A DNA stretch of 64,000 nucleotides from an uncultured Actinomycetota bacterium (GTDB lineage: Bacteria; Actinomycetota; Actinomycetes; Propionibacteriales; Nocardioidaceae): the NCBI GenBank assembly GCA_963829975.1, contig CAWHKK010000015.1:3802-67801 (forward strand). Direction: 5' to 3'. Positions 47,020 through 58,878 of this stretch are shown one piece after another; the stretch's first letter is position 1, and the number at the start of each line of letters is the position of its first letter. The notes below the pieces were generated by a model. That model made no database searches. It was not told where the DNA came from and saw only the letters and a list, made by a program, of their open reading frames with translations. The position numbers and the translations under genes are program-made.

Positions 47020-48390
47020 CCTGTGCGTCTGCGTCGACTTCGGCTCCACCTTCACCAAGGCGCTGCTGGTCGACCTGACCGAGGGCGCAGTCGTCGCCGC
47101 TGCCGAGCACCCGGACGACCCTCGACACCGACGTCCTCGACGGTTACGACGCGTGCCTGGCGCGGCTGGTCGCCGTCGAGCCGCGCGCTGTGGACGCCGA
47201 GGTGCTGGCCTGCTCGAGCGCGGGCGGCGGGCTGCGGATCGCGGTGATCGGCAACGAGGAGCTGGTGACCGCCGAGGCCGGGCGCCGGGTCGCGCTGAGC
47301 AGCGGCGGCAAGGTGGTCGATGTGGTCGCGGCAGCGGGTCGTGCGGCTGAGGGTGCGCCCCGGCGCACTCTGGACCTCACGACCCGGCCGGACGTCGTGC
47401 TGCTGACCGGCGGCACCGACGGCGGCAACAGTGAGGTGCTGTTGCGCGCGGCTCGCGACCTGGTCGAGAGCGGTTGGACCGGGCCGGTCGTGGTCGCCGG
47501 CAACGTCGAGGCACAGGCGGAGGTGACCGCGATCCTCGGCCAGGTGCCGCACGTGCTCGACCGACAACGTGGTGCCCCGCATCGGCGTGCTCGCCCCCGA
47601 CAGCGCCCGGGCGGCGATCCGCGAGATGTTCCTGGCGCACGTGATCGGTGGCAAGCACCTCAGCAGCCGCGCCGACTTCGTGGCGATGGTCCGCGGGGCC
47701 ACGCCCGACGTGGTGCTCACCGGCGTCGAGCTGCTGGCCAACGGGCTCGACGAGGAGCACGCCGGCAGTGGGCGACGTGGTGGTCGTCGACGTCGGCGGC
47801 GCGACCACCGACGTGCACTCCGTCGTCGACGTCGACCCGGAGGACGCCGAGCTGTCACGAGAGGTCGTCGCCACCACCGCGGTCACCCGCACCGTCGAGG
47901 GCGACCTCGGTATGCGCTGGTCGGCGGTGACGACCGATCGAGGAGGCCGGCCTGCCCGAGCTGGCCGCGGCCGCCCGGCTGCGCGCTGACGACCCGACCT
48001 TCCTGCCGACGTCCGACGCCGAGCGCGACGACGGACGAGGCGATCGCCCGGGCCGCGATCGGCCTGCGCCCTCCGGCGTCACGCCGGCCGGTCGAAGGTC
48101 GTGGTCAGGCCCGGAGGGGCGCGTGGTCGAGCGCACCGGCAAGGACCTCCGCGAGGTGGACCTGCTCGTCGGCTCGGGAGGAGCGCTGCGCCACGGGCCG
48201 CGCCGGGGTCGCCGACCGGGTCTTCGCCGGCAGCGTCGGGCGCCGACCTCGACGGCGGCTGGCAGCTGCCGGAGCGGGCCCGGCTGGTCGTCGACGCCGA
48301 CTACGTGCTGGCGGCGGTCGGGCTGCTGGCCGCGCGCCATCCGCTGGCGGCGTACCGACTCGCGCTCGGAGCCTGGCGGTCACGGCTTAG
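47006..48390 (+). CDS. Glutamate mutase L (GlmL/MutL-like reactivase), frameshifted
   Basis: CVDFGSTFTKA, ACSSAGGGLR, LTGGTDGGN, HVIGGKHLS, VDVGGATTDVHS, RTVEGDLGMRWSA. Confidence 0.85.
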
Positions 48391-48399
48391 GCTCACGGC

Positions 48400-49774
48400 G
48401 TGAGCAACGACGCTGACCCGCCCGACGACCCAGCGACGACGCACCCGGAGCCGACGCCCGGGAGGAGTCCGACGAGCAGCGACGCCGGCTGCCGATCCGC
48501 AGGCTCGTGCGGACTCCGACGAGCGACCAGGACTCGATGGCCCACCGACTGGCCAGCCAGTGGTCGCAGCTGCGCTACGTACGCCGAGCCGAACCGGCGC
48601 CGATCGCCGCCGGAGCCTCCAACTTCAACCGCGCGCAGGTGCCGTGGGGCCTCGACCTCGCCGCCGCCTGGGCCTGGCGGCTGATCATCATCGCCGCGCG
48701 CCGGCTACGGGCTCTTCTGGCTGATCGCCTACTTCTCGGTGATCACGCTGCCGCTGGTGATCGCGCTGCTGATCACCGCGCTGGTCAGCCCCGCCGTGAA
48801 CGCCTTGACCCGCGCGGGTGTGCCCCGCGGGCTGGCCGCCGATCACGATGGTGCTCGGCGGCATCGCCGCCATCGCCTTGCTGCTGACCTTCGCCGGCCA
48901 GCAGGTGGCGACCGGTGCCGAGGACCTTGCCGACTCCACCGTCGAGGGGCTCGGCAAGATCCGGGACTGGCTCAAGGACGGCCCGCTCAACGCCAGCGAC
49001 TCGCAGATCAACAACTACATCCAGAGCGCGCAGGACGCGATCCGCGAACAGACCAACGACGGTGCCTTGCAGTCAGTCGGCGAGATCGGCACTGCGGTGG
49101 GCCACGTGTTCGCGGGCTTCTTCATCGTCTTGTTCTCGACGTTCTTCTTCCTCGCCGACGGTGACCGGATCTGGGCCTGGCTCGTCCGGATCGCGCCGCG
49201 CGCGGCCCGCGAGCGGGTCGACAGCTCAGGACGGGTCGCCTGGATCTCGCTGACCCAGTTCGTGCGAGCGACGGTGATCGTGGCGCTGGTCGACTCGATC
49301 GGCATCATGATCGTGGCCGCGATCCTGGGCGTCCCGTTCCTGCTCGCGCTCGGCGTGCTCGTCTTCCTCGGCGCGTTCATCCCGCTGGTCGGTGCCACGG
49401 TGGCCGGCAGCGTGGCGGTGCTCGTCGCGCTCGTCGACCAGGGGCCGATCGACGCGCTGCTGATGCTCGGCGGAGTGATCCTGGTGCAGCAGATCGAGGG
49501 CCACATCCTGCAGCCGTTCCTGATGGGCCGATGGGTCTCGGTGCACCCGCTCGGCGTGATCCTCGCGCTCGGCTGCGGCGTCCTGGTCGGTGGCGTCGCC
49601 GGCGCCCTGGTGGCGGTGCCGCTGGCCGCGGCCGGCAACGCGGTCGTGCAACACCTCGCCTCCAACACCGACCCGGGGACGATCCGGTCGAGGAGCTGGC
49701 CGAGGACTACGAAGAGATAGGCGCAACCGCGCCGGATCGAGGAAGAGCTGCGTCGACGAGGAGGCAGCCGATGA
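48400..49774 (+). CDS. AI-2E family transporter
   Basis: AAAWAWRL, FFFLADGDRIW, FLGAFIPLVGA, QQIEGHILQP, VHPLGVIL. Confidence 0.88.
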
Positions 49775-50980
49775 CTGAGGTGACGCTGGCCGACATCGAG
49801 GCGGCCCGTGAGCTGCTCCGCGGCGTCTCCATCGAGACCCCGATGGAGGAGTCGCGCTGGCTGTCGGCGCTGGTCGGCGGCCCGGTCCATCCTCAAGTGC
49901 GAGAACCTCCAGCGCACCGGCTCCTTCAAGACCCGCGGCGCCTACACCCGGATCTCGCGGCTCTCGGAGGAGGAGCGCGCCCGCGGGTGTGGTCGCGGCG
50001 TCCGCCGGCAACCACGCCCAGGGCGTCGCCCTGGCGGCCCAGCTGCTGGGCATCCACGCCACGGTGTTCATGCCCGAGGGCGCGCCGATCCCGAAGGAGA
50101 AGGCCACCCGGGGCTACGGCGCCGACGTGATCTTCGAGGGCCGCTACCTCGAGGACTCCCTCAAGGCCGCCCGCGCCTTCGAGGCGGAGACCGGCGCCGT
50201 GCTCATCCACCCCTTCGACCACGTCGACATCGTGGCCGGGCAGGGCACCGTCGGCCTGGAGATCATCGAGCAGGCACCCGACGTGCAGACCGTGCTGGTG
50301 CCGACCGGCGGCGGCGGGCTGCTGGCCGGCATCGCGATCGCGGTGAAGGCGCTGCGTCCCGAGGTCCGGGTCGTCGGCGTGCAGGCGAAGGGCGCCGCGG
50401 CGTACCCGGACTCGCTCGAGCAGGGCTGCCCGGTGCCGCTGACCGAGATGAAGACGATGGCCGACGGCATCGCGGTCGGCCTGCCCGGCGACATCACGTT
50501 CGCTGCGGTGCGCGACCACTGCGACGAGATCATCACCGTCTCCGAGGAGTCGATGTCGCGGGCGCTGCTGGCGCTGGTCGAGCGGGCCAAGATGGTCGTC
50601 GAGCCGGCCGGTGCGGCCGCGGTCGCGGCGATGCTCGACCAGCCGACGGCGTTCCGGACCCCGGCCGTGGCGGTGCTCTCCGGCGGCAACATCGACCCGA
50701 TCCTGCTCGGCAAGGTGATCCGGCACGGCATGGCGGCCGCCGTTCCGCTACCTCAACCTCCACGTCACCATCCCGGACGTGCCGGGCGGGCTGGCGCAGC
50801 TGCTCACCGAGGTCGGCGCGGCCGGAGCCAACGTGCTCGAGGTCATGCACGAGCGGATCTCTCCGGCGCTGCACCTCGACGAGGTCGAGGTGCACCTGCA
50901 GCTCGAGACCCGCGGTGAGCCGCACGCCGAGAAGGTGATCGCTGCGGCTGCGCGAGCGCGGCTACCGGGTGATCGAGTAG
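49771..50980 (+). CDS. ilvA: Threonine ammonia-lyase with C-terminal ACT domain
   Basis: KCENLQRTGSFK, ASAGNHAQGVA, HPFD, VPTGGGGL, VEPAGA, SGGNID. Confidence 0.93.
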
Positions 50981-50986
50981 ACCGTG

Positions 50987-51493
50987 TCAGCCGGAGTAGG
51001 GGACGGCCTTGAGGATCTCGACCTCGAGGCTCTTGCCGTTGACCTCGTAGCGTCGCCTTGTCGCCCTGCTTCTTGCCGAGGATGGCGGAGCCGATCGGGC
51101 GACTGGGGGGAGTAGGCCTTGAGGTCGCTGTCGACGTCCTCGATCTCGCGGGCACCGAGCAGGAACGTCTCGGCCTCGTCGTCGTCGTCGCCGACGAACT
51201 TGTAGGTCACGACCATGCCGGGCTCGACGATGCCGTCGTCGGGAGGGGTCTCGCCGACCTCGGCGCGCAGGAGCATGTCCTCCAGCTGGCGGATCCGGCC
51301 CTCGAGCTTGCCCTGCTCGTCCTTGGCGGCGTGGTAGCCGCCGTTCTCCTTGAGGTCCCCCTCGTCGCGGGCAGCGCTGATCCGGGCCACGATCTCCTGG
51401 CGCACGGGCCCTTGAGGTTCTCCAGCTCGGCCTGGAGCTTCTCTGGGCATCGGCGGTCAGCCAGATCTTGCTCTGCTCGGTCGACTGAGTCAT
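50987..51493 (-). CDS. greA: Transcription elongation factor GreA
   Basis: ARDEGDLKENGGYHAAKDEQGKLEGRIRQLE, YSPQSP. Confidence 0.95.
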   Translation of the reverse strand: MTQSTEQSKIWLTADAQRSSRPSWRTSRARAPGDRGPDQRCPRRGGPQGERRLPRRQGRAGQARGPDPPAGGHAPARRGRRDPSRRRHRRARHGRDLQVRRRRRRRGRDVPARCPRDRGRRQRPQGLLPPVARSAPPSSARSRATRRRYEVNGKSLEVEILKAVPYSG

Positions 51494-51648
51494 GGGGGTA
51501 CTCCTGTAGGTGAAGCGTGGTGCGTGGTATGCCGGTACGGTGATCGTCGCAACAAGGCACGTACACGAACTCGCGGGGCGCCTTCCTGGTCGGCCCCGGC
51601 GGGACGGTCAGATCGGCCAGTTTAACAACCAAACCCGAAAGACGCAGA

Positions 51649-52067
51649 TCAGCGACGGTCAGCGGCGGACTGGTCCTCGGTGGTGCAGCCGACCAGCTCG
51701 ATCGAGGTGGCCGTCACGCTCGGTGCGGATCGTCACGTCGCTCCGCCTTCTGGGCCTCGCCGTCGGGCGTCCAGGACAGCTCGCCGACGACGCTGTGGTC
51801 CTCGGCGAAGGCGCGCACCAGGCAGGTCGCCGCCACGTCGTCGTCGCGACGGTCGACCGAGATCACGCGCGGTGGCCGTGTGCTCGTCGACGATGTCGAA
51901 GGTCACCAGCGTCCGACTCGACCTCCGGGGTCGAGTGGACGAACGCCGTCCACCCCAGCCAGCCGAGGAACACCGCCGCGACGGCGACGGCAGGCGGCGA
52001 CCAGGGCACGCCGCCGCCAGGGCGACGGCGCGCCGTACCGCTGGGCGAGGGCATCCTGCGAGGTCAC
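51649..52067 (-). CDS. DUF4307 family protein
   Basis: RYGAP, TM helix, [23 protein letters not shown]; between greA and mca. Confidence 0.75.
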
Positions 52068-52096
52068 CCCCAAAGCCTGACACCTACGATGAGGCG

Positions 52097-52992
52097 GTGT
52101 CGCAGCGCCCTGGAGACGGACCCCGCGCGGGTTACCGGCTGATGCATGTCCACGCCCACCCCGACGACGAGTCGAGCAAGGGGGCGGCCTCGACGGCGAT
52201 GTACGTCGCGGAGGGGGTCGACGTCCACGTCGTCACCTGCACCGGCGGCGAGCGCGGGTCGATCCTGAACCCCAAGATGGACCGCCCCGACGTGCTGGAG
52301 AACATCAGCGAGATCCGCCGTCAGGAGATGGAGCGGGCCCGCGACATCCTGGGCGTGCGCCAGGACTGGCTCGGCTTCGTCGACTCCGGGTGGCCCGACG
52401 GCGACCCGAAGCCGCCGCTGCCCGAGGGCTGCTTCGGACTGGTGCCGCTCGAGGAGGCCGCCGAGCCGCTGGTGCGGCTGATCCGGAGCTTCCGGCCCCA
52501 CGTCGTCACGACCTACGACGAGCGCGGCGGCTACCCGCACCCCGACCACATCAAGTGCCACGAGGTCAGCGTCGCTGCGTTCGAGGCGGCCGGCGATCCG
52601 GACCGCTATCCCGATGCGGGCGAGCCGTGGCAGCCGCTCAAGCTCTACTACCACCACTCGTTCAACCGGCCCCGGATGCAGGCCATCCACGACGCGATGC
52701 TCGCCCACGGCCTGGAGTCGCCGTGGGCGGAGCGGCTCAAGGAGTGGAAGCCGGAGCCGGAGTGGGACGCCCGGATCACCACCGGGTGCCGTGCGCCGAC
52801 TACTTCGGCGTGCGCGACCAGGCGCTGCTCGCCCACGCCACCCAGATCGACCCGGACGGCTTCTGGTTCGCGGTGCCGCGCGAGATCCAGGCCGAGGTCT
52901 GGCCGACCGAGGACTTCGAGCTCGTGGTGAGCCAGGTCGCCTCGCAGCCGCCAGAGGACGACCTGTTCGCCGGCATCACCGACCCCGCCTGA
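52097..52992 (+). CDS. mca: Mycothiol conjugate amidase
   Basis: [56 protein letters not shown]. Confidence 0.95.
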
Positions 52993-53004
52993 AAGACTGC
53001 GTCC

Positions 53005-53288
53005 ATGTACGCCGAGCTGTCGTCGACTGCTGGTCACCTTCTCGTGGATGATCGCCCGAGGAGGACGACGTCGTTGCCGGCCCGATCGCGGCTGCGCTGT
53101 TCGTGCTGCTGATCCTGGCCGTGGCGCTTCCTGGGCTTCAGCCTGGTCAAGCGGCTGCGCAACGTCGAGCGGGCCGAGGCGGCAGGTCTCTACGACCCGT
53201 CGACCAAGAAGAAGCGGACCGAGCTGGCCGAAGGCACGGAGCCCGCGGAGCCCCGGACCCAGCGGACCCGGCGGAACCGACCGAGTAA
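53005..53288 (+). CDS. Small membrane protein downstream of mca
   Basis: DVVAGP..LFVLLILAV..FSLVKRLRNV; frameshifted. Confidence 0.55.
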
Positions 53289-53292
53289 GCCG

Positions 53293-53666
53293 TCAGCCCT
53301 CGGCGGGCTGCTGCTCGGCGATCTGGCGGCGTACGTCGTCCATGTCGAGGCTCGCGGACGCCTTCGATGACCTGGTCGAGCGCCGGCGCCGGCAGCGCAC
53401 CGGGCTGGGCGAAGACCAGGATCCCCTCGCGGAACGCCATCAGCGTCGGGATCGACTGGATCCCCGCGGCCGAGGCGAGCTCCTGCTGCTCCTCGGTGTT
53501 GATCGAGCCGAACGTGATGTCCGGGTTGGCCTCCGAGGCCGCCTCGTAGGTGGGCGCGAACTGCTGGCACGGACCGCACCAGCTCGGCCCAGAAGTCGAC
53601 GAGCAGGATGTCGTCGTCCTTCACGTGGGACTCGAAGTTGTCGATGGTCAGCTCTGTGGTGGCCAT
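53293..53666 (-). CDS. Thioredoxin
   Basis: LLVDFWA, WCGPCQQFAP across a frameshift, IQSIPTLMAFREG. Confidence 0.9.
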
Positions 53667-53720
53667 CCCTCGACTGTAACGCGGAGGTGGATGTCACCAG
53701 CCGTCCGGAAGACTGGTGAC

Positions 53721-54349
53721 ATGCACGCGAAGCCGAAGCTCGTCCCTGTCGAGCCAACCCTCCTCGCCCGGAGGCGCGGTGCTGGTGCTGCACGGCGGGG
53801 CGTCCCGTGGCGACCGGATGATGGTCAGCCCCACCCAGCTCTCCGTGATCAGGATGATCCCGACCGCCCGGGCGGTCGCGCGGGTTGCTCAGGACCGGCT
53901 GGCCGTCTACCGGCTGCTGAACTCCTACCGGGGCTGGGACTCCCACCACACCCCCGTCGCGGACGCCGCCTGGGGGATGGCGCAGGTCCGCGAGCAACAC
54001 GGTGACCTCCCGTTCGGGCTGGTCGGCCACTCGCTCGGGGGCCGCGCGGCCCTGCTGGCCGGCGAGCTGCCCGGCGTCGAGTCGGTGGTCGCCCTCAATC
54101 CCTGGGTCTACCCGACCGACACTGCCGACCTCACCGGCCGCCGGGTGCTGATCGTGCACGGCGAGCAAGACCGGATCGCCTCGCCGGCCAAGGCCGAGGC
54201 TGTCGCCCAGCAACCTCTCCTGGACGGCGAAGGTCGAGTTCTTCCTGATCCCCGGAGGCAAGCACGCCATGCTGCGCCACGGCCGGGAGTTCGACCGGCG
54301 GGCGGCCGACTTCACCGCCGAGTCGCTGCTGTCCGCCCGGCCCCACTGA
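53721..54349 (+). CDS. Alpha/beta hydrolase
   Basis: VLVLHGG, GHSLGGRAAL, IVHGEQDRIA, GKHAML. Confidence 0.82.
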
Positions 54350-54410
54350 TGCCTCACTGATGCCTGCACTGATGCCTGCAGTGATGCCTGCAGTGATGCC
54401 TGCAGTGATG
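54344..54410. repeat. Tandem repeat, 12-bp unit CA(C/G)TGATGCCTG, about 5.7 copies
   Basis: CACTGATGCCT CACTGATGCCTG CACTGATGCCTG CAGTGATGCCTG CAGTGATGCCTG CAGTGATG. Confidence 0.92.
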
Positions 54411-54433
54411 TCCGGCGTGAGATAGGAAGTCCT

Positions 54434-56408
54434 ATGCCCAACCGGCTGGCCGCGGCCACTTCCCCTTACCTTCTCCAGCACCAGGACAATCCCGTCGACT
54501 GGTGGGAGTGGGAGCCCGACGCCTTTGCCGAGGCGCGTGCTCGCAACGTGCCGGTGCTGCTCAGCGTCGGGCTACGCCGCCTGCCACTGGTGCCATGTGA
54601 TGGCGCACGAGTCGTTCGAGGACGAGGCGACGGCGGCCTACCTGAACGAGCACTTCGTCAGCATCAAGGTCGACCGGGAGGAGCGGCCGGACGTCGATGC
54701 GGTCTACATGAGCGCCACCACCTCGATGACCGGTCACGGCGGCTGGCCGATGACCTGCGTGCTCGACCACGAGGGCAACCCGTTCTTCGCGGGCACCTAC
54801 TTCCCCGACCAGCCGCGGCACGGCTCCCCCTCGTTCCGGCAGGTGCTCGTCTCTCTGGTGGATGCGTGGCACAACCGTGGGGACGACGTACGGCGCGTGG
54901 CCGGAACCGTGCGCGAGCACCTGAACCAGGTGGCCGCCCTCGCCGGCGGCCCGATCGGCCGAGAGCAAGTCGATGCCGCGGTGCAGACGCTGGCTGGCGA
55001 GTTCGATCCGCGCCACGGCGGCTTCGGCGGAGCGCCCAAGTTCCCGCCCTCGATGGTCCTCGAGTTCCTCCTGCGGGTCGACTCGCCGCCTGCGCAACAG
55101 CTGCTCGACTCGACATGCGAAGCGATGGCCCGCGGTGGGATCTATGACCAGCTCGGCGGCGGCTTCGCGCGCTACTCCGTCGATGCCCAGTGGGTGGTGC
55201 CGCACTTCGAGAAGATGCTCTACGACAACGCCCAGCTGCTCGGGCTCTATGCGCGCTGGGGCGGGCCCCTCGGGGAACGGATCGCTACCGGCACGGCCGA
55301 CTTCCTGCTGCGCGAGCTACGCACCAGTGAGGGCGGCTTCGCCTCCGCCCTCGACGCAGACAGCGAAGGGGTGGAAGGGAAGTTCTATGCCTGGACACCG
55401 GCCGAGCTGGTCGAGGTGCTGGGTCCCGACGACGGCGCCTGGGCGGCCCAGGTCTACGAGGTGACCGAGGCAGGCACCTTCGAGCACGGCGCGTCGACGC
55501 TGCAGCTGCTCGCCGACCCGGAGGGGCCAGGAGCCGCGCGGCTGGAGGAGGTCCGGGCCCGCCTGCTCGAGGCGCGGGCGACCCGGGTCCGGCCCGAGCT
55601 CGACGACAAGGTGGTGGCCGCCTGGAACGGGCTCGCCATCAGCGGACTCTGCGACACCGGTCGCCTGCTCGGTCGTGAGGACTACGTCGCCGCCGCGACC
55701 GATGCCGGTCGCCTGCTCGCCGAGCTGCATCACGCCGACGGTCGGCTGCTGCGCGTCTCGCGCAACGGTGTGGCGGGCCGACACTCGGGCGTGCTCGAGG
55801 ATCACGGCTGCGTCGCCGCTGGCTTCCTCTCTCTCGCCCAGGCGACCGGTGACGTTGCTTGGCTGGACCTCGCGCGGGGCCTGCTCGACGCCGCGCTGAC
55901 CCACTTCCGGTCCGACGACGGCGGCTTCTTCGACACGGCCGAGGACGCGGAGACGCTGGTCGCGCGTCCCCGCGACCCCGGAGACAACGCCAGCCCGTCC
56001 GGGCTCTCGTCGATGGTGCATGCGCTGGTCACCGCCCATGCCCTCACCGGCGAGGGTCGCTATCGCGTGGCCGCAGAGGAGGCGCTCGCGACGGTGGCCG
56101 GGCTGACGGAGCGGGCGCCCCGCTTCGCGGGCTGGACGCTCGCCGCTGCGGTTACGATGCTCGACGGGCCGTGGGAGGTAGCCGTGGTCGGGCCGCGGGG
56201 TCCCGAGCGCGACGAGCTGGAGCGAGTAGCCCGGGCCCGGGCCGGGTCGGTCGTCGTCGTGGGCGAGCCGGACTCCGGCATCCCGTTGCTCGACGGGCGG
56301 ATCGCCGTCGACGGTCTGCCGTCGGCGTACGTGTGCCGAGGCTTCGTCTGCGAGCGCCCGGTGACGACCCCTGAGATGCTCACAGCAGCACTGTCACCGA
56401 CGCGGTGA
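54434..56408 (+). CDS. Thioredoxin-domain protein (YyaL/SSP411 family)
   Basis: [49 protein letters not shown]. Confidence 0.93.
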
Positions 56409-56483
56409 ACCGAGTACGTTCGGCAGTGTGAGCCCGCACCCCAGCGTTGCCGAGAAGCCGTCTGACCTGATCAGGAGTGCACC

Positions 56484-57989
56484 GTGACCCAGACCGAGAA
56501 TCGTGCTGACACCGCCAGCACCTTCGAGTCGCTCAGCCCCATCACCGGCGACGTGGTCGGCACCCATCCGGTGCACACCGACGACGAGGTCAAGGCTGCG
56601 GTCGACCGGGCCCACGAGGAGGCCGCGTGGTGGTCGGCCCTGTCCTTTGCCGAGCGCGACCAGCACCTGTCGACCTGGAAGGGTGTGATCACCCGACGGC
56701 TGGCCGAGCTGGCCGAGCTGATGCACCGAGAGACGGGCAAGCCTCATGGCGACGCGTTGCTCGAGGCAGCGTTGGCCATCGACCACCTGGCGTGGGCGGG
56801 CGGCCACGCCGAGAAGGTCCTCAAGCGGCGCAAGGTGCCGTCGGGCCTGGTGATGGCGAACCAGTCGGCGTCGGTGGAGTATCGCCCGCTCGGTGTGATC
56901 GGCGTGATCGGTCCCTGGAACTACCCCGTCTTCACCCCGATGGGCTCGATCGCCTACGCCCTGGCCGCGGGCAATGCGGTGGTCTTCAAGCCGTCGGAGT
57001 ACACGCCCGGTGTCGGCGAGTGGCTGGCCCAGACGTTCCTGGAGTCGGTCGGGCGACCGGTGTTCTCGGTGGTGACCGGCCTCGGGGAGACAGGTGCGGC
57101 CCTATGTCGTTCCGGCGCCGACAAGATCGCGTTCACCGGCTCGACGGAGACCGGCAAGCGAGTGATGGCCACCTGTGCTGAGACGCTGACGCCGGTGGTG
57201 ATCGAGGCGGGTGGCAAGGACGCGCTGATCGTGGATCTCGACGCCGACATCGAAGCTGCAGCCGACGCCGCCCTCTGGGGTGCCTGTGCCAACGCCGGCC
57301 AGACCTGTGCCGGCGTAGAGCGGGTCTACGTCCACGAGCGCGTGTACGACGAGTTCCTCACCTCGATCACCGCGAAGGCGCGCGAGCTGCGGGCCGACTC
57401 CACGTCCGGTGCGCAGCTCGGGCCGATCACGATGCCGAAGCAGCTCGACATCATCCGCAGCCACATTGCCGACGCGCTCGAGCGGGGCGGCCGCGCGGTG
57501 GTGGGCGGCCTGGACGCCGTGGGCGAGCGCTACGTGCAGCCGACCATCCTGGTCGACGTACCCGAGGACTCGCTGGCGGTGCAGGAGGAGACCTTCGGCC
57601 CGACCGTGACGGTGGCCAAGGTGCGCGACATGGATGAGGCGATCAGGCTCACCAACGGCACTCGCTACGCCCTGGGTTCGACGGTGTTCTCCAAGGAGCA
57701 CGGCATGGAGATCGCCGACCGGATCCGGTCCGGGATGACCGCGATCAACGGCGTCATCACCTTTGCCGGCGTGCCCTCGCTGCCGTTCGGCGGGGTCGGC
57801 GACTCCGGCTTCGGTCGGATCCACGGCCCGGACGGCCTGCGCGAGTTCACCTATGCGAAGGCCATCGCCCGCCAGCGCTTCAAGGCCCTGATGCCGCTCA
57901 CGTCGTTCCGGCGCACCGCGAAGCACGAGAAGAAGCTGACCTCGATGATGAAGATGCTCCACGGCCGCGGCACCACCACCCCGCGCTGA
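56484..57989 (+). CDS. Aldehyde dehydrogenase
   Basis: IGPWNYP, FTGSTETG, EAGGKD, NAGQTCAG, EETFGP. Confidence 0.93.
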   Translation: MTQTENRADTASTFESLSPITGDVVGTHPVHTDDEVKAAVDRAHEEAAWWSALSFAERDQHLSTWKGVITRRLAELAELMHRETGKPHGDALLEAALAIDHLAWAGGHAEKVLKRRKVPSGLVMANQSASVEYRPLGVIGVIGPWNYPVFTPMGSIAYALAAGNAVVFKPSEYTPGVGEWLAQTFLESVGRPVFSVVTGLGETGAALCRSGADKIAFTGSTETGKRVMATCAETLTPVVIEAGGKDALIVDLDADIEAAADAALWGACANAGQTCAGVERVYVHERVYDEFLTSITAKARELRADSTSGAQLGPITMPKQLDIIRSHIADALERGGRAVVGGLDAVGERYVQPTILVDVPEDSLAVQEETFGPTVTVAKVRDMDEAIRLTNGTRYALGSTVFSKEHGMEIADRIRSGMTAINGVITFAGVPSLPFGGVGDSGFGRIHGPDGLREFTYAKAIARQRFKALMPLTSFRRTAKHEKKLTSMMKMLHGRGTTTPR

Positions 57990-58086
57990 ACGGGGCCGGA
58001 GCGGTGAGTAGCGGTCGGTTGTCGGGCTGAGAACTGCCCCTGAGCCACCGCTCGACGCACCCCAACGGCAACAGTTGGGCGACGCC

Positions 58087-58806
58087 TCAGCGCAGCGAGT
58101 ACGTCGCCAGCGAGACGCCGACGTAGTGCGAGACGAACGCGAGGATCGTGAAGCTGTGGAACACCTCGTGGAAACCGAAGTAGCGGGGCGAGGGGTTGGG
58201 CGCTGGAAGCCGTAGACGACGCCGCCCAGCGTGTAGAGCAGGCCGCCGGTGAGGATCAGCACGAAGATGGCGATGCCGATGCCGAGGCCGAGGTCGGTGG
58301 CGCCGCGGAAGAAGCCGGGGATGAAGAACACCGCCGCCCAGCCGAGGGCGATGTAGATCGGGGTGTAGAGCCAGCGCGGCGCGTCGGTCCAGAACACCCG
58401 GAACAGCACGCCGAGGATGGCGCCGCCCCAGACCACCGACAGCAGCACGACCTGCTGCGTGCCTTCGAGCAGGATCAGGCTGAACGGCGTGTAGGAGCCA
58501 GCGATGAGCACGAAGATGTTGGCGTGATCCATCCGCCGCAGCGACTGCCCAGACGCGGGGTGACCAGGTGCCGGTGTGGTAGACGGCCGAGACGGTGAAC
58601 AGCAGCAGGGCCGAAGTCGCGAACAGGGCTGAGCCGATGCGGGTAGCCGCGGTCGGCGACAAGGCGATCAGCACGATCCCGGCGGCCAGCGTGAGCGGCG
58701 TGACGCTGAGGTGCAGCCAGCCCCGAAGCTTGGGCTTGACGTCGTGAAGGGTCTCCTCGATGACGTCGCCCAGATGCCCCAGGCTGGTCCGCAACGAGTC
58801 GCTCAT
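58087..58806 (-). CDS. Hemolysin III / PAQR family membrane protein
   Basis: KPKLRGWLH, DHANIFVLIAGSYTPF, FGFHEVFH. Confidence 0.9.
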   Translation of the reverse strand: MSDSLRTSLGHLGDVIEETLHDVKPKLRGWLHLSVTPLTLAAGIVLIALSPTAATRIGSALFATSALLLFTVSAVYHTGTWSPRVWAVAAADGSRQHLRAHRWLLHAVQPDPARRHAAGRAAVGGLGRRHPRRAVPGVLDRRAALALHPDLHRPRLGGGVLHPRLLPRRHRPRPRHRHRHLRADPHRRPALHAGRRRLRLPAPNPSPRYFGFHEVFHSFTILAFVSHYVGVSLATYSLR

Positions 58807-58878
58807 GTGGCCGAATCTACCCACCTAGCGGTCACGCAGACGCGCAGGGAGAGGCGCCTCACGTCGTACGATGCGACG

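Noticed and set aside
51494-51648. Possible structured RNA in the greA leader
   Set aside because: Some pairing potential, but no motif I can identify with confidence.
54344-54410. Possible CRISPR array
   Set aside because: 12-bp contiguous units with no spacers and no cas genes.
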